A stretch of 64,000 nt of DNA from Mobula birostris (Eukaryota). The notes beneath the pieces were generated by a model that was not told the DNA's origin, searched no databases, and was given only the letters and a program-made list of their open reading frames with translations. This document shows positions 1-13,497 of this stretch, one piece after another. The DNA is taken from the NCBI RefSeq assembly GCF_030028105.1, contig NC_092370.1, positions 198,320,005 through 198,384,004 on the forward strand. The letters run 5' to 3'. A program made the translations under genes and the position numbers. Within the stretch, counting starts at the first letter, position 1; every line of letters begins with the position of its first letter.

Positions 1-1552
1 TTTGGAGAGTAGCAGAGATACTAGTGAATTCAGTAACATTTACTGACGAAACAGAAGTTCAATAATTCAACACAGAATTAAATCAGTGACATTGAACGGT
101 TGTCCAATCTCATATACTATCCTCAACTCCAGTAAAACTGTGGCAATGAAATCAAGTTGGTTTATGCAAGTCCATAAGTCCAAGGATCCATTCTACAAAG
201 TATGCTCTGCTCGAAACTCATCTGATGTTCAGTAACTGTAAACTTATGAATGCGTCAAATCCATTGTTCAGTGGCCATCTACCCTTCCCAAAAAAAATAA
301 GGCAGATTGTGTTACTTATTTTGAAATGCAAAACAGTAAAGTTCCAAGTAGCTCATATATTCAAGAGTGAAAATAATTAGCTCGAAAAGAAAAGCTCTGC
401 TGCAGGAGGATTGCAGACTTTGAAATAAATTTGGTAAAATGCACTTCAAATTATGTCTTTAGAAATGGCCAAGTTATGTAGGTAGTAGGTGGGGATCCTG
501 CAGGTGACCTGCTTGCATACTAATACGGACAATAAAATGTGTCCCAATAACTTAAAAAAAATCCACTCTTTCATGGCTTTCAAGATTCCGAATCAATTCT
601 TGGTTAAAATTGTTCAAACATACAATCTGCTATTAAAAATTCTATTTAAACCAAGAAAAGTGCATTATAGAGAATCAGCAAAATATTGTGGCGTGCAAGG
701 GGACGGTATATCAACTATTCCACAATTTTTCAAAAAATAAAAAAATTTTTCACTTAAATTACCAGATAGTTCCCAAAGCAATAACAGCATTTTTTTTGCT
801 GGGGGAGGGGGAAATCCTAATCATGGAAAAAGCAGAGTCACTCACCACCAAAATCATTGTTCAAATAAAATCACAAACTCTGCTGCAAGATTGTCTGGAA
901 ACAAAAAAGCATGCACTCAAACTTGAAATGAGACTTAAATGCACATCTATACAGGCACTGGCAGACGTAATGTTATTTTGTTGTTATGCTCACACATACA
1001 CACGACTCCTAATATGTGCTTTCTTCATTCAGTAATCACTGAGGTACCAAGAATTATTACATGGAAAATTTAAATATGAAAAATAAAATCTGAAAAACAG
1101 AATTAACACCCTTTGAGGAGTTCAATATTTAATCTGGCAAATTTCTGAATGAAACGTTGGTGTAAATCCATGGAGAAATATCAACATACAAGCTCTCTGG
1201 AAGCCACAAAACATTTTCCACCAATAAGTCATTTGAGATGCTGTCTGCTGCAAATGACAGGCAACATTATATCGTTTCTCACATTCACTAAAGTGATGCA
1301 TCTCAAAAATGTTTCATCTTTCTGGTATCACAGTTCATCCATGAATATTTTGACAATTTTGAGAAAAAAAATCCCGTTTTTTAAATTTAGCACAATTGCG
1401 CCATGCCATAGTGCAACAAATGTATGTGACACTCAATGGAGACACAGACAGATAAGAGCTGCATTGAAATCAAGAGCCCTATTGCAAAGCAATTCATAAA
1501 AAATTGCAGTGCATGCCAAAAGGACTCATTTGAACTTGTTCTTTTTATTTCT
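1..1552 (-). other. NAA30: Probable NAA30 3' UTR (end not determined)
   Basis: Repeat-poor, AU-rich sequence downstream of the stop codon. AATAAA at 1544-1549 and ATTAAA at 1128-1133 on the minus strand. Confidence 0.55.
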
Positions 1553-1690
1553 TTAACGTAGCCACAGTTTAAGACGCAATGCATCAACTCCATTTAAGTA
1601 GTATCTGAACAGCCTTTTGTCTCTCACAAATCCAAGATTTTCATAGAGTTTCAGAGCAGATTTATTTGTAATCTCAGTTTCCAGAACAAC
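1553..1690 (-). CDS. NAA30: NAA30 last coding exon
   Basis: ATACAG| [45 protein letters not shown] (TAA). Spliced CDS is 747+124+56+138 = 1065 nt, 354 aa. Confidence 0.97.
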   Translation of the reverse strand, partial: VVLETEITNKSALKLYENLGFVRDKRLFRYYLNGVDALRLKLWLR

Positions 1691-3179
1691 CTGTATTTGA
1701 AAAGAAAAATGGTGTTTAAATTTTACCAAAAAAAAAAAATCACATACACCAAACAGAAAGTGCATAAGAAATCATTTCATTGTTTTATTCTCCATCAGGT
1801 ACAGACCTTTCAGCGATTGGAAAAGGGCTACATGGAGGGGTTTAGATTTCAACAACACTGTGGAAAAAGCACTTCTTGACAGCTCCCTTAACAGGCTCTA
1901 ATCTCAAGATTTGTTTTATTGTACTGAATTTAATAGCCAGATGACAAGTTTCTCTTTACAACATTATTGATTCATATTTCCATTTTAAGCATACCAGTTA
2001 GTTCACCTTCAATCTTCTGTACTCAAGGGAACATTAATGAATTGAATGCAATCTGCTCTCATCACTTAATGCTGGTATCAATCTTGTGTTGTTCTGCCCA
2101 TGGACTAAAGCTAACACATATTTCTTGAAAGCAATTTGAATTGAAAGCAGAATTTCAGACATGTCATGACCAAAACTATATAACCTAAAGCAAAACATCA
2201 AATTCTTGTATATAGGATTAATAACATTGTCTTTGTTGTTTTTTTACCTGTTGACTGGTTTTGAGTGATTGAAATACTTGAACATACAAATTTATTTGCT
2301 TTTCCAAAATTGTTTCCTTTTTTTAAAATGGTACACAAAAATGTCTTTCTTGAATCCTAAGTGATTAACTTTATACCTCACCACAATGAAGGTCAAACTA
2401 TCAACTTAATTTCTATGCCTTTATCTCTTGCATTTATTTCAACTGCCAAACTGGTCTGTTGCTGTGCCTCCAAACTCAGTACCTACAGACTTTGATTTAT
2501 ATAATCCTTCACTTCAGAGAATTTGAAAAGTATTAAGATTTGAAGATCCAATGCAAATCCCCGTGAAACACTTGTCTCAGTTTTTAGTCAATTCCACTGG
2601 GGTAGTTCAAATGTCATGACAATAGATTTAATAGATTTAATCTGGGAGACTATACAGATAACACTCATGGACAGAAACTATTTAAAAATAACCACTTTTT
2701 TTGTTAGCCTGCTCGTGAGATAAGGTAGTTATTCTCTTAAAATGTAATTTATAGTAATCCTAATACCCGTTGATGCTTTATGATTACCAGTTAAAAAAAC
2801 TTCATAAAGTGAAATATGGAGTTTAGAACACGCTTTTCGCAAATTATTCAGACCTGTTACACAATTTTCCTTTCAATTTGCATTTAAAAAAATTTTTTCC
2901 TTCCAAATTAAGCAAGCACCAATAGAAAAAATATTACATGGGTGTATCTACCTATATCATATTCCCCTTTTGCAACTGTGGTTTTGCACATTTCATAAAA
3001 AACTGAACTGGGTTTCTAACGCACTTGATATATTCAATTCTGTACAAAAATGACTGATACATAAAGTGTACCGAGAACACTTCTGGAAATAAATTGACAT
3101 TAACATCTAACATCCTTTTAACTCCAACACATGTTGGTCTCCAATTTAACAACTGGATTGAATCTGGATTTGAGTAATT

Positions 3180-3859
3180 CAGACATCCCACCCTGCGAAA
3201 ACTCATTTCAGGGAGGTAGGACCATCAATTTGCGGGAGACTCCTGGAACTTCCGGGAGAGGTGGGATGTCTGCAATAGAGTAGCTCTTTAGCAGCTAGCC
3301 AGCTAGTTTAAATAACATTAGCTATGCTAATGAATGAACGACACCTGTTAAACTCACCTCAACATGTCTTTTACAGTCTTAACCCACCATGGGCAATAGA
3401 AAAGTCACTGTTGCAAACAGTGCAGCGAGCAACACTGTCATTATTCTGACCCCTATTAGGCAGGGGTACACTTTAGTGTAGTCTGGGGTGACGTACGTTT
3501 CATATTTTCTTTTATTGGAACACTCTTGCTCGCTCTCTCGCGTGCGCTTGCTTTTTCCCTCTTGCTCTCTCTCGTGGTCGCTCTCTCGTGCTTGCTTTCT
3601 TACTCTTGCTTTCTCGCGTGCTCTCTCTCTCGTGGTCGCTGTCACTTGCGCTTGCTTTCTTGCTCTCACTCTGACGTTCGCTGTCTCGCGCTTGCTTCCT
3701 TGCTCTTGTGCTCACGCTCTTGCTCTTTCTCGCGCATTCTCTCCCACTCACTCTCAAAAAAATCAATTTCCGGGACATTGTATATAATTTGTGGGCATCA
3801 GGGAGCCACTATTAATATGCAGGAGACTCTCGGAACTTCCAGGAGAGGTGGAATGTCTG
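3180..3859. mobile_element. Non-autonomous DNA transposon (MITE, hAT-like CAG termini) with CT-rich low-complexity core
   Basis: TIRs CAGACATCCCACC / GGTGGAATGTCTG. 6-bp TSD GTAATT at 3174-3179 and 3860-3865. Confidence 0.8.
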
Positions 3860-4164
3860 GTAATTGATTCTTTCAATTACAAAGTTCTGCAGGCTCTTTG
3901 CTGCATAGAATAATTGTAGCCCATTTCTATATTAGGAAAAGCAACCAGGATAAATTCCTCATAATTCACTCCATCAGTTAAAGGGAAGTGAGACACAGAG
4001 ACAGGAAAACTGACTTTTGAATTCCAGTCAAAACGGTTAAGTACTCAACAGAAAGAGGAAGCAATGGGATAATGAATATGCAGACAGGGGTTTGCAAATA
4101 GTACTCCAAACAAATAAAATATTTAAATGTTAATAAAGCCCAACAGATTTTGCAGATTCTTTAC

Positions 4165-4220
4165 CTCATCACAGTCACCTTCTACCATGGCATAAATTGC
4201 TTTCTTCACTAGATTTGTGC
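4165..4220 (-). CDS. NAA30: NAA30 coding exon 3 (56 nt)
   Basis: TTTTGCAG| (G)TNLVKKAIYAMVEGDCDE |GTAAA. Phase 1 to phase 0. Confidence 0.97.
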
Positions 4221-4714
4221 CTGCAAAACAAGGCAGCAAATTAAATATTCAGAAGCACAGAGGTAAATAAAATCATAAACTCAAACTCCCCAAAATCTCG
4301 AGTGTGATATCAGAACACACAAGGTACAGAACTAGTAAGTAGTGCTTAAGAGGTGCCATTCATGGAATGGATTCTACAGAGTTCTCTGATGGCTGTCATA
4401 CTGCTAGAAAAACATTGGGCTCAACAGTTCCTACAAAGATGAAGCACAATTCATTTTTTAAAAAAACTTTGTACTTGGTTTCATCATGGCGAAGAAACAA
4501 GACAACAATCTATCCAGTTGAAGTTTCTTGCATGCATAAAATTAGATGGCAACTTTCAATGTTAATATTTCTAAAACAGCCACAAACCCACAAAGTACCT
4601 GGATGCTATTTTAATACCATCAGATTCAATAAAAACAGTTTACATTAAGGACAGCACGAAAAGTCAATTTATAAATGTGTTGCAGGATGTGTACAACTCT
4701 ATTACAATTCTATA

Positions 4715-4943
4715 AGCCATTGGTCAGCCTACACTTGGGAGCATTGTGAGCAGGTTTGGGCCCCTTATCCAAGATGGATAGGGTCCAAAGAGGCTCATGA
4801 GAATAATTCTAGGAATGAAAGAGTTAACATATGAGGAGCGTTTGATGGCTCTGGGCCTGCTTTCACTGGTGTTTAGAAAATAAGTGGGGGAGGGGTGGAA
4901 TCTCATTGAAACCTATCAAATATTGAAAGCCCAAGATAGAGTG
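4715..4943 (+). mobile_element. CR1 LINE 3' fragment, left half (interrupted by Gypsy)
   Basis: Decayed CR1 ORF2 C-terminus (GMKELTYEERLMALGL). It resumes exactly at 9650 (GATAGAGTG|GATGTG). Confidence 0.85.
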
Positions 4944-5128
4944 TGTACCGTATAGCCTACATTATAAAAAGGGACTACTTTACATCGTTGCATGCGCTAT
5001 TAGGTGCGTATTGATCTGTATGTGTGTGTCAAGTTCGGACTCTACCAGTAAAGAACCATGAAACTTAGTTCCCGTCCCCAGTGTTTTTATTAATAACATA
5101 GCCGTGTAACCAGGCCACATATACAACA
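4944..5128 (+). repeat. 5' LTR
   Basis: Direct repeat of 9456-9649. Begins TGTACC and ends CA. Confidence 0.93.
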
Positions 5129-5131
5129 AAT

Positions 5132-5141
5132 TGGTGACGAG
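5132..5141 (+). other. Primer-binding site, tRNA-Ser(GCU)-like
   Basis: TGGTGACGAG 3 nt after the LTR, a 9/10 match to TGGCGACGAG. Confidence 0.7.
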
Positions 5142-5359
5142 AGTTATGAGCCTACATCTTATCGGAACGCCACGTTTTAGCTGATAACGACACTCAAAGA
5201 GAGAGAAGGGAGATGAAAAGGAGCAACACACACATCTAAATGGAGTGCGCTCGTTGCTCTAGCAAAAAGGACACGCGAGTCAAGTGGAATGTGCAGTGAC
5301 TGCAAGGAGTTAACTAAAAAGAATACAAGGAAAAATAGGACTAAATTAACATAACAAAG

Positions 5360-8300
5360 ATGGTGATGATTGGAACCATTACAGCATTTGATAGTAACAT
5401 TGAAAACTGGGTAACTTACATTGAAAGAGTGGCATTATACTGTGATGCTAATAGTATTAATGATGAAAAGCCAGCATCTTACTCTGTGCTATGACAGCAA
5501 AAACATACGGGCTGCAATGGAGGCTGACAAAAGGTTCAAGCAAATAGTAGACACTCTCCAACAGCATTTAAACCACAAACCACTGGTCATTGCTGAAAGA
5601 TTTAAATTTCACAAACGGAATCAGAGGAAAAATAAAAGCATTTCTGAATATTGTGCTGAATTGAATTGCACGAATTATCAGAACATTGTCAATTTGGAGC
5701 TGGTCTATCAGACACATTGAGGGACAGGTTAATGTGTGGCATGCACTGTGAAACCACACAGAAGAGCTCCTGTGTGAAAAAGACCTTACATTAGAGAAGG
5801 TGCTGAACATTGCAATATCATTGGAAACAGCAGCACGGGGTGCTTCAGAGATGCAACAAAAATCTCTGGAATATGCTACGAATAAAATGTCACTGAACAG
5901 AAATGAAGGAAAGAAATGTTACCGTTGTGGGAACATGTCACATGACCCTGAGGACTGTTGGTTTAAAGACAAAGAATGCAGAAGCTGTGGCAAACAGGGC
6001 CACATTGGCAGAGTATGCAAAGCTAGTCAACAGCAGAAAAAGGACAAAATACAGAGAAACAAGAAACCCCAGAAAGGAAAATACAACAATGTACACAAAA
6101 TGAAAGAAAGCAGTTCTGATGAAAATGACTCAGACAAAAGTGAATTGTCTTGTCTGCAACTTCACAGTGTGAAAGAGACAGGTGATCGAAGAGTAATATG
6201 GATCACTCCACAAGTGGCAGGTGTGAGACTGAAAATGGAATTGGACACAGGCTCAGCTTTAACAGTGATCTTTGTACACAACTACAAACGACTGTTTTCT
6301 CACATACCTCTAGAACGAACTAAACTACAGCTAAAGACTTACACAGGACAGAAAGTGCGTCCCAAAGGTAAAACTAAAGTAACAGTGACCTACAAAGACA
6401 AAACACAGCAGCTGAACCTCTATGTACTGAAAAATGGAGGACCACCGTTGCTGGGATGTGAATGGCTCAGGAAAATCCAGTTGGATTGGCACACCATCAA
6501 GGCACTAGTTGTGTCAGCAAAGGAGGGCAGCAAGGCTACATCTGAGACTGTCACAACTACTTGCTGGCTCTGAGGAAATGTTCATGAAAGGAATAGGAAC
6601 AATTCAGGGCATGAAGGCAAAGATTGAGATTGAGGAAAATGCATGTCCAAAATTTCACAAAGCCAGACCAGTGCCATATGCAATCCGTCCTACAGTAGAG
6701 GCTGAGCTGAAAAATCTGGAGCAGACTGGGGTCCTGTCAAAGGTGGATTGGAGTGAATGGGCCACACCTATTGTTCCAGTGATGAAGGAAACCTCCAGCA
6801 CAAAACCAGGAAAACCAAGCAAGGTGCGCATATGTGGACACTTTAAAGTGACTGTTAACCCAGTTCTCCGCACAGTACAGTATCCTCTACCTCGTATTGA
6901 GGCCATCTTTACTTCCCTGTCAGGAGGGGAACATTTCACAAAAATCAATTTGGCCCAGGCTTATCTCCAAATGGAAATCGATAATGCATCCAAGAAATAC
7001 CTGACAATAAATACACACAAAGGACTTTATCAGTACAACAGGTTGGTGTTTGGAACAGCATCAACTCCTGCAATCTGGCAAAGGGCAAAGGACCAGGTCC
7101 TGCAGGGCATTCCAGAGACTCAGTGTTACCTGGATGACATCACTGTCACTGACAAAGATGACGACGAACATCTTTCTAACCTTGAACAAGTGCTCACCAG
7201 GTTACGAGAATATGGGCTCAGAGCTAATCGATAGAAATGTGAGTTTTTCAAAAAGGAAATCTCATACTGTGGGCATGTAATCAACAAGGATGACTTACAC
7301 ATGTCTCAAGACAAGACAGAAGTGGTGCTTAAGGCACCACCACCTGAAAATGTGTCTCAGCTGAGAGCATATCTTAGTCTAGTGAACTATTACCACAAGT
7401 TCTTGCCTAACCTGTCCACAGTCATACACCCACTAAATGCACTGTTACAGACAGGGACAGAATGGAAGTGGACTGAGAGCTGTGAGAAAGCATTTCAAGA
7501 AACTAAAAGACTCATAACTCCAGAAGGGGTGCTCGCGCACTTTGACTCCTCCTTACAAATCTGACCGGCTTGTGATACCTCACTCCATGTTATCGCACAA
7601 GTTTCCAGATGGCTCAGAAAGACTAATAGCCTTTGCCTCAAGAACGCTAACTTCAGCTGAATGCAACTATGCACAGATTGACAGAGAGGCCCTAAGCCTT
7701 GTGTGGGGAATCAAGAAATTCAGTCACTACCTGTATGGTCAAAAGTTTACCCTATTGACTGACCATCAGCCTCTCGTGTCAATCTTCAACCCAAGAAAAG
7801 GTGTTCCAGTGATGACAGCACAAGGGCTGCAGCGATGGTCTCTTTTCTTAGGAGGTCACATGTATGACATTGAACACAAGGGGACCAAGCAACATGGCAA
7901 CGCAGATAGTTTGTCACGTTTACCGCTGCCGACTTCAGAGATAACTATTCAAATGGATTCGGCAGAGGTCTTTCACACAACAGTTGAACAATTACCAGTG
8001 ACAAACAGCCTCATTGAAAGAGAAACACGCAATGACCCTATGTTGTCAGAAGTGTATGACATCACGGTAAAGGGATGGCCAGCGCGGTGTAACACACTGT
8101 TTCCAGCCTTCTCAGCGAGGAAGGAGAGGTTGTCAGTGTGTCTTGGAACACTAACATGTGGTTCACGAGTTGTGATTCCTCCAAAGCTATGCACCAGAGT
8201 ACTGGAGGAACTGCACAAGGGGCACCTGGGTACCGTGAAGATGAAAGGTCCTGACCGTGCCTATGGGTGGTGGCCAGGAATCGATAAATAGATTGAGGAC

Positions 8301-9288
8301 TTGACCAAAAACTGCTCTGGATGTCAAAAGATCCAGAACACACAACCACAAGCCCCTCTCCATCCATGAGAGTGGCCCTCATCACCATGGCAACGAGTGC
8401 ACATCGACTTTGCTGGACCATTCATGAACTCTCTCTTTAATCACTGTCAATGCACATTCCAAATGGCCAGGAGTCATCAAAATGAAGACAACCACATCAG
8501 AAAAGACCATCACCGTTCTGAGGGCCATGTTCGCCAGGAACGGCATACCAGAACAAATATGCACAGGCAATGGAAGACAATTTGTCTCTGAAGAATTCCG
8601 AAGTTTTGTAAAGAACAATGGAATCAAGCACTTTACATCTGCCCCTTACCATCCATCCATAAATGGCTTGGCAGAAAGATTTGTGCAGACATTCATGGAA
8701 GCCATCAAGGCAATGGACAGTGAAAATCGACCACTGCAACACAAGGTAGACAACTTCCTCCTTGCCTATTGCAATGCAGTACATACAACCACTAATCAGA
8801 CTCCAGCGATGATGTTTCTGAACAGGAACCTGAGGTCCTGCATGGATCTTCTCAAACGTGATGTACAGCGTGATGTGCAGAACAGACGGTTCAATCACTT
8901 GAATGCGAAATTAACACGGAGCTTCAGTGTGGGACAGTCAGTTCTTGCACTTGATTACCGGACTGAAGAGTGGCAGCCAGGTACAATTTCCGCCATAAAT
9001 GGGCCACTGATGTATACAGTGGAGGTGGGAGAGAACGTATGGAGACGTCATGTGGACCAAATCCTGGATGCTCAGGTGAAAAATACAACAACACCTTGCC
9101 CGGACTCCCTGGACATAGAGGCAAACACTCCTGATGTGACCACATCAGCCTCATCCACAGATAAGCCTGTCATCAGGGCTGATGACCCACCTGATGTACC
9201 TGTGGAGACTCATTCCCCAAAGCAAACGTTTCAGGACAGACGTTACCCAGAGAGGCAGAGAAAACCTCCCCAGAGACTTGAGCTGTAA
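5360..9288 (+). pseudogene. Gypsy gag-pol polyprotein, frameshifted and stop-interrupted
   Basis: ORF pieces 5800-6573, 6509-7234, 7301-7564, 7542-8291 and 8482-9288. Motifs CYRCG..H..C, CRSCGKQGHIGRVC, LDTGS, YLDD, TDHQPL, HIDFAGP, NGLAER. Confidence 0.93.
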
Positions 9289-9440
9289 ATGGGTCTTACA
9301 CCAAAAGTTAAAAAAAGAAAAAGGCTTGTTATAATTTGATATTATTAAGTTACTTTATAATTTGTAAACAAATGGTAGGCGTTTGTATGTTAAGGGTAAA
9401 CATTTGTTTAGCATGGTGCCCCAGTAAAAAAAAAGTTAAA

Positions 9441-9455
9441 ATAAAAGGGGAGGAG
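9441..9455 (+). other. Polypurine tract
   Basis: ATAAAAGGGGAGGAG abutting the 3' LTR. Confidence 0.85.
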
Positions 9456-9649
9456 TGTACCGTATAGCCTACATTATAATAAGGGACTACTTTATGTTTT
9501 AGTAACACTCGTTGCATGCACTGTTAGGCATGTATTGATCTGTATGTGTGTATCAAGTTCAGACTCTACCAGTAAAGAACCATGAAACTTAGTTCCTGTC
9601 TCTAGCGTTTTTATTAATAACAGTTGTGTAACCAGGCCACATACACACA
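9456..9649 (+). repeat. 3' LTR
   Basis: Direct repeat of 4944-5128, with about 15 substitutions and small indels by manual alignment. Confidence 0.93.
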
Positions 9650-9990
9650 GAGTGGATGTGCAGAGGATGTTTTCTATATTGGGGCAGTCTAGCACCAGAG
9701 GGCACAGCCTCAGAATAGAGGGATATCCCTTTAGAATAGAGATGAGGAATTTCTTTAGCCAGAAGGTGGTGAATTTTTTGGAATTCAGTGCCACAAAGGG
9801 CAGTGGAGTTCAAGTCATTGGGTATACTTAAAGCAGAGGGTGACAGGTTCTTGATTAGTAATGGTGACAAAGATTACAGGGAGAAGGCAGGAGAGTGGGG
9901 TTCAAGGGGATAATAAATCAGCCATAACAGAATAGCAGAGCAGACTCGATGGGCCAAATGGCCTAATTTTGTTCCTGTGCCTTTTTTTTT
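9650..9990 (+). mobile_element. CR1 LINE 3' end, right half
   Basis: RGHSLRIEGYPFRIEMRNFFSQKVVN, then a CR1 3' UTR ending GGGCCAAATGGCCTAATT. Confidence 0.85.
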
Positions 9991-12214
9991 CCAGTCTTAT
10001 TATAAGTGGTGAAAAATGCACAACTGAAATATACTTGGGTTAAGGGCCTGCTTAATCATTAGGTAGTTAAAGTACTAATGGTAATGCAAAAAGCAGCTTT
10101 AGACACTCATCTTACAAGCCTGTTCTTTGGAGAACACCTTTACTCGTCACTCAGCACCCTTCTCTTGCATTCTGTTTAAACAGATTCAATGGATATGAAC
10201 TATACTGACCCTTTTATATAAAAAGTATTAATCTACACCCAAATGTATAGATAAAAATGAACAGAAGGCCAAATAGCACAGGGAAAAATATTAATTTTAG
10301 CACTGTTCAGCCATAGTGCAGCTTAGTAAAAGTATACAAAGAAACAGGTGGAAATTTCTCTTAGCTAGTTAACAAAAATCTCAAAGTCAGAATCCAAATG
10401 GACTAGTATAAATTGTCACATTACAGGCTTCAAGATATGTTTTAAAACCCAATTAACTTCGCAAAGGACTGATGTGTCCCCTCCTGGCGCACTTTCCAAA
10501 AGTGTTGCCCAAGCCTCACCCTGCATCAGTTTCCTGCATATGGACGCACAGATAGATGGAAAATGAACCAGAACGCTATCATCTTGAAATGTTAACTATT
10601 TTCGTTCAGGTAGCAACTGACCTGCAATTCCAGTTTTCAACTTCACATTCTGCAAGGTTTACTGCTGTTTACTCCATATTCTGAGGTTACATATTTTCAT
10701 ATGCATTACTGGACAAATTTGTTGCAAGCCACAATTTAGCAAATAGCTAAGATGTTCAAATTCCTTAATGATCTTTTTTCTAATTTACCATCCATTGTAA
10801 ATTCTACAATATCTGGACACACAATTTAGACTTTGAACTTGGCAAAGCCAAATGGAACAGTTGATGGAGATCCATTACACTGAAATGCTTCTAATGATGC
10901 TAGGTATTCCTTTCCTCAAGTGGGGAAAACAGGCACAAAATGTACTCATCCTTTAATTTTAAGGGTCATCAATGGTCAGCTAGAGTTGTGGAATACTAAA
11001 TGTTTCAGTGTACATTTTTTTCCTGACATTTGTGCAAGGACTGCATAATGTGTTGTATTCAATTTCAGAGGAACATTAATTTGTGCTCAGTCTGGCCAAC
11101 ATTCTTCTCCAACTAACATAACCAAAATGAATATATTCCCTGCAGTATCTAAATCTCCCTTTAAAAAGAGTAAAACTTCAAAATGATATATATAGTAAAC
11201 TGGATACAGTATTTATGTAACTGGAAGTCTCAAAACAGGCAATTTCATAACCCAATTTGAAATTAGTATGCCAGACTCCCATGCAATTTTATACAAATGC
11301 TGCCTCCCATTAGCCCATAGCGCAACAGGTGGTTGCCCTCAGCCTCACACACATCTACAACCGGTGGCTGGTTCCAATTGTGTTCATGCAGTGAACTGCA
11401 TTTCTCTCCATCTAGCCACTGTAGATCTCCAGAGAACCTGGGTTGAAAATGTATACTATCAAACTGCACTGCAAGATATACTTCAAAGGACATAAATTAA
11501 AGCAATGACTATTATGATCTTAAGATGAACAAAGGTCCCATTTGTTACAGAAAGAACGGTGTAGGTTTTCTGAGCAACTGGTCATCAAGGGCCAACAGAT
11601 TTGATGGTTATATACCTCATTCCCTTGCTAATGATTCAGTTAATAATTAAAATATCAACATTTGTCTAATGATTACAAATTCAAGCAAGCATTAAACAAG
11701 TATAAGCATAGCTTTCCCACAAATGAATTTTCAGTATTGCTTTCCTTCCCATCTCCCACTGAATTGTGCTTTTTTAGAATATTAGGACCTAGAATTTCCT
11801 GATTGGACTGACTTCCCATCTGATGGATCTGTAGGCATCATGCAGATCTTCCTATAGCAATGAAGTTAATTCTCAGATAATTATTGAACATCTGTGCAGC
11901 ACAGTCAAATAGCTTAATGAGGTGGAGCCTGGACACATCCTGCCCACAGACGCTTTTGACAGCCAACTATAAACAAAACCCCCAAGTTTAACTTGGTGTT
12001 ACAGTCATCAGTTTGAATCTTTGTGAATGCCTTTGTCCTCAAAAATTAAAAACCTATTAGATAATACATTCAAAAATATTTAAAAAGCAATAAAATCCAG
12101 GCTTAGCTGGCAGAATCACCAGCATTATTAACTGTCTGATTGCAGAAAGCTAGCACTTTGCTGATGAATTCCCCAAGAGGTTCAGCGTGGAATCTAATAA
12201 TAAAAAGAAATTGG

Positions 12215-12510
12215 GTATCACAGTTGCGCAGTAGGTAAGATTGCTGTCCCACTGACCCTGATTTGATTGTGAGGTTCAGTACTGCATGGAGTTTGCACGT
12301 TCTCCTTGTGATTACCTGGATTTCCTTTAGCTGCTCTACTTTCCTCGCATTTCCAAAAGGTACAAGGATAATTGGATAATCTAATTTACTCCTTGTACAC
12401 AGAAGTGGTAGGAAAATCCGAGGTTAGTTAATGGGAAGCTGAGAGAGTATAGATTACAAGGATGCAAGTCCAAGTTCTACATAGTCTCGAGGGGCCATAC
12501 TGCCTACGTT
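12215..12510 (+). mobile_element. tRNA-derived SINE (V-SINE/HE1-like), decayed
   Basis: V-domain signature GGAGTTTGCACGTTCTCC...GCTCTACTTTCCTC. Confidence 0.65.
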
Positions 12511-13497
12511 GTAAGGAAATATGAAATTCTTGATGAACTCCTTTCAGTAAGTTCTGGACTTTTCCCTTCATCTATATTTGCAAGGGGGTCTTAGTTTTCT
12601 GAATATTGTGCAATATCTAGGTTAATATGTTCACCCACTTCAGAGCCTATTGTTTACAGAGTTAACTTGAAATAGTAATGACTGCTATTTATATAAAACC
12701 TAAACGCTATATACATGTTTGCAATTTAAGTAGTTAAGTGAGAGTAAAATTAGGCTTTTATTATTTAAAGATATTTAACATCCTATCATATACCAAATAT
12801 TGAAAGGGAGGCTAGGTATGGACAGAGATTTGGAATGCACACGGGATCTTTAATGTAAACATCAGAGGTCACTAAAGTGCAAGGAAATATATTCAGAAGG
12901 GACTAGATTATGAAATGCATAGGAGATTGGTCATAGAACTCAACTCTTGACAGTTCCATTCTTGTGAACTGTTCGTAATCTGAACAGTTCACAAGTTGAA
13001 AATAAGGCTGCAAACCATGTTTCCAAGCAGCAGGACCTGGCATATCTATCCTGTCAGTCTTCCAAACATTGATTCATACATATAGGCTGTCATTCATAAG
13101 CTGGTGAGGGTCTGCATAGGAAAGTTATAAAAAATGGAAAAGCAAAAATTCTGAAGTATGGAACCTTGGTAACTGAAAAATGCAAATGTTGGGACCTAAA
13201 AGGAGAAGGCAAGGGCAGTTGGAAGAATATTATGATCACTCAACAGCTGTTACGGAAAGATAGGAGGACAATACCTCGAAGCAATTTAAACAGAAGGGAG
13301 AATACATCACCTGGGGACCTGGAACCAAAACAACTTAGACGGTGGTCTGGATAAGTTCATTTATAAAAGGCAGACAAATCTCAAGGCGATAAGGATACAA
13401 AAAGAAGCCAAAAGAAAAAACAAATTCTATAACCGAATCCCCTTTTCAACTAAAGTTATTTTAAAAACTTAATTTCATAGTGATGTTGAAATCTCAC

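Larger units (their letters stand above)
4944..9649 (+). mobile_element. Full-length Ty3/Gypsy LTR retrotransposon (Mag-like), decayed, antisense in a NAA30 intron
   Basis: TG..CA LTRs, 5-bp TSD GAGTG (4939-4943 and 9650-9654), PBS and PPT. Domain order is gag zinc knuckles, protease LDTGS, RT YLDD, RNase H, integrase. Confidence 0.95.

Noticed and set aside
1691-1765. N-terminal part of the 70-aa ORF
   Set aside because: Intronic sequence upstream of the acceptor at 1691.
3379-3867. Four overlapping ORFs rich in R/E/S/L/A
   Set aside because: Artefacts of the CT-rich low-complexity core of the MITE.
11263-11495. Overlapping 75-76 aa ORFs or a cryptic NAA30 exon
   Set aside because: No recognisable homology and no good donor site.
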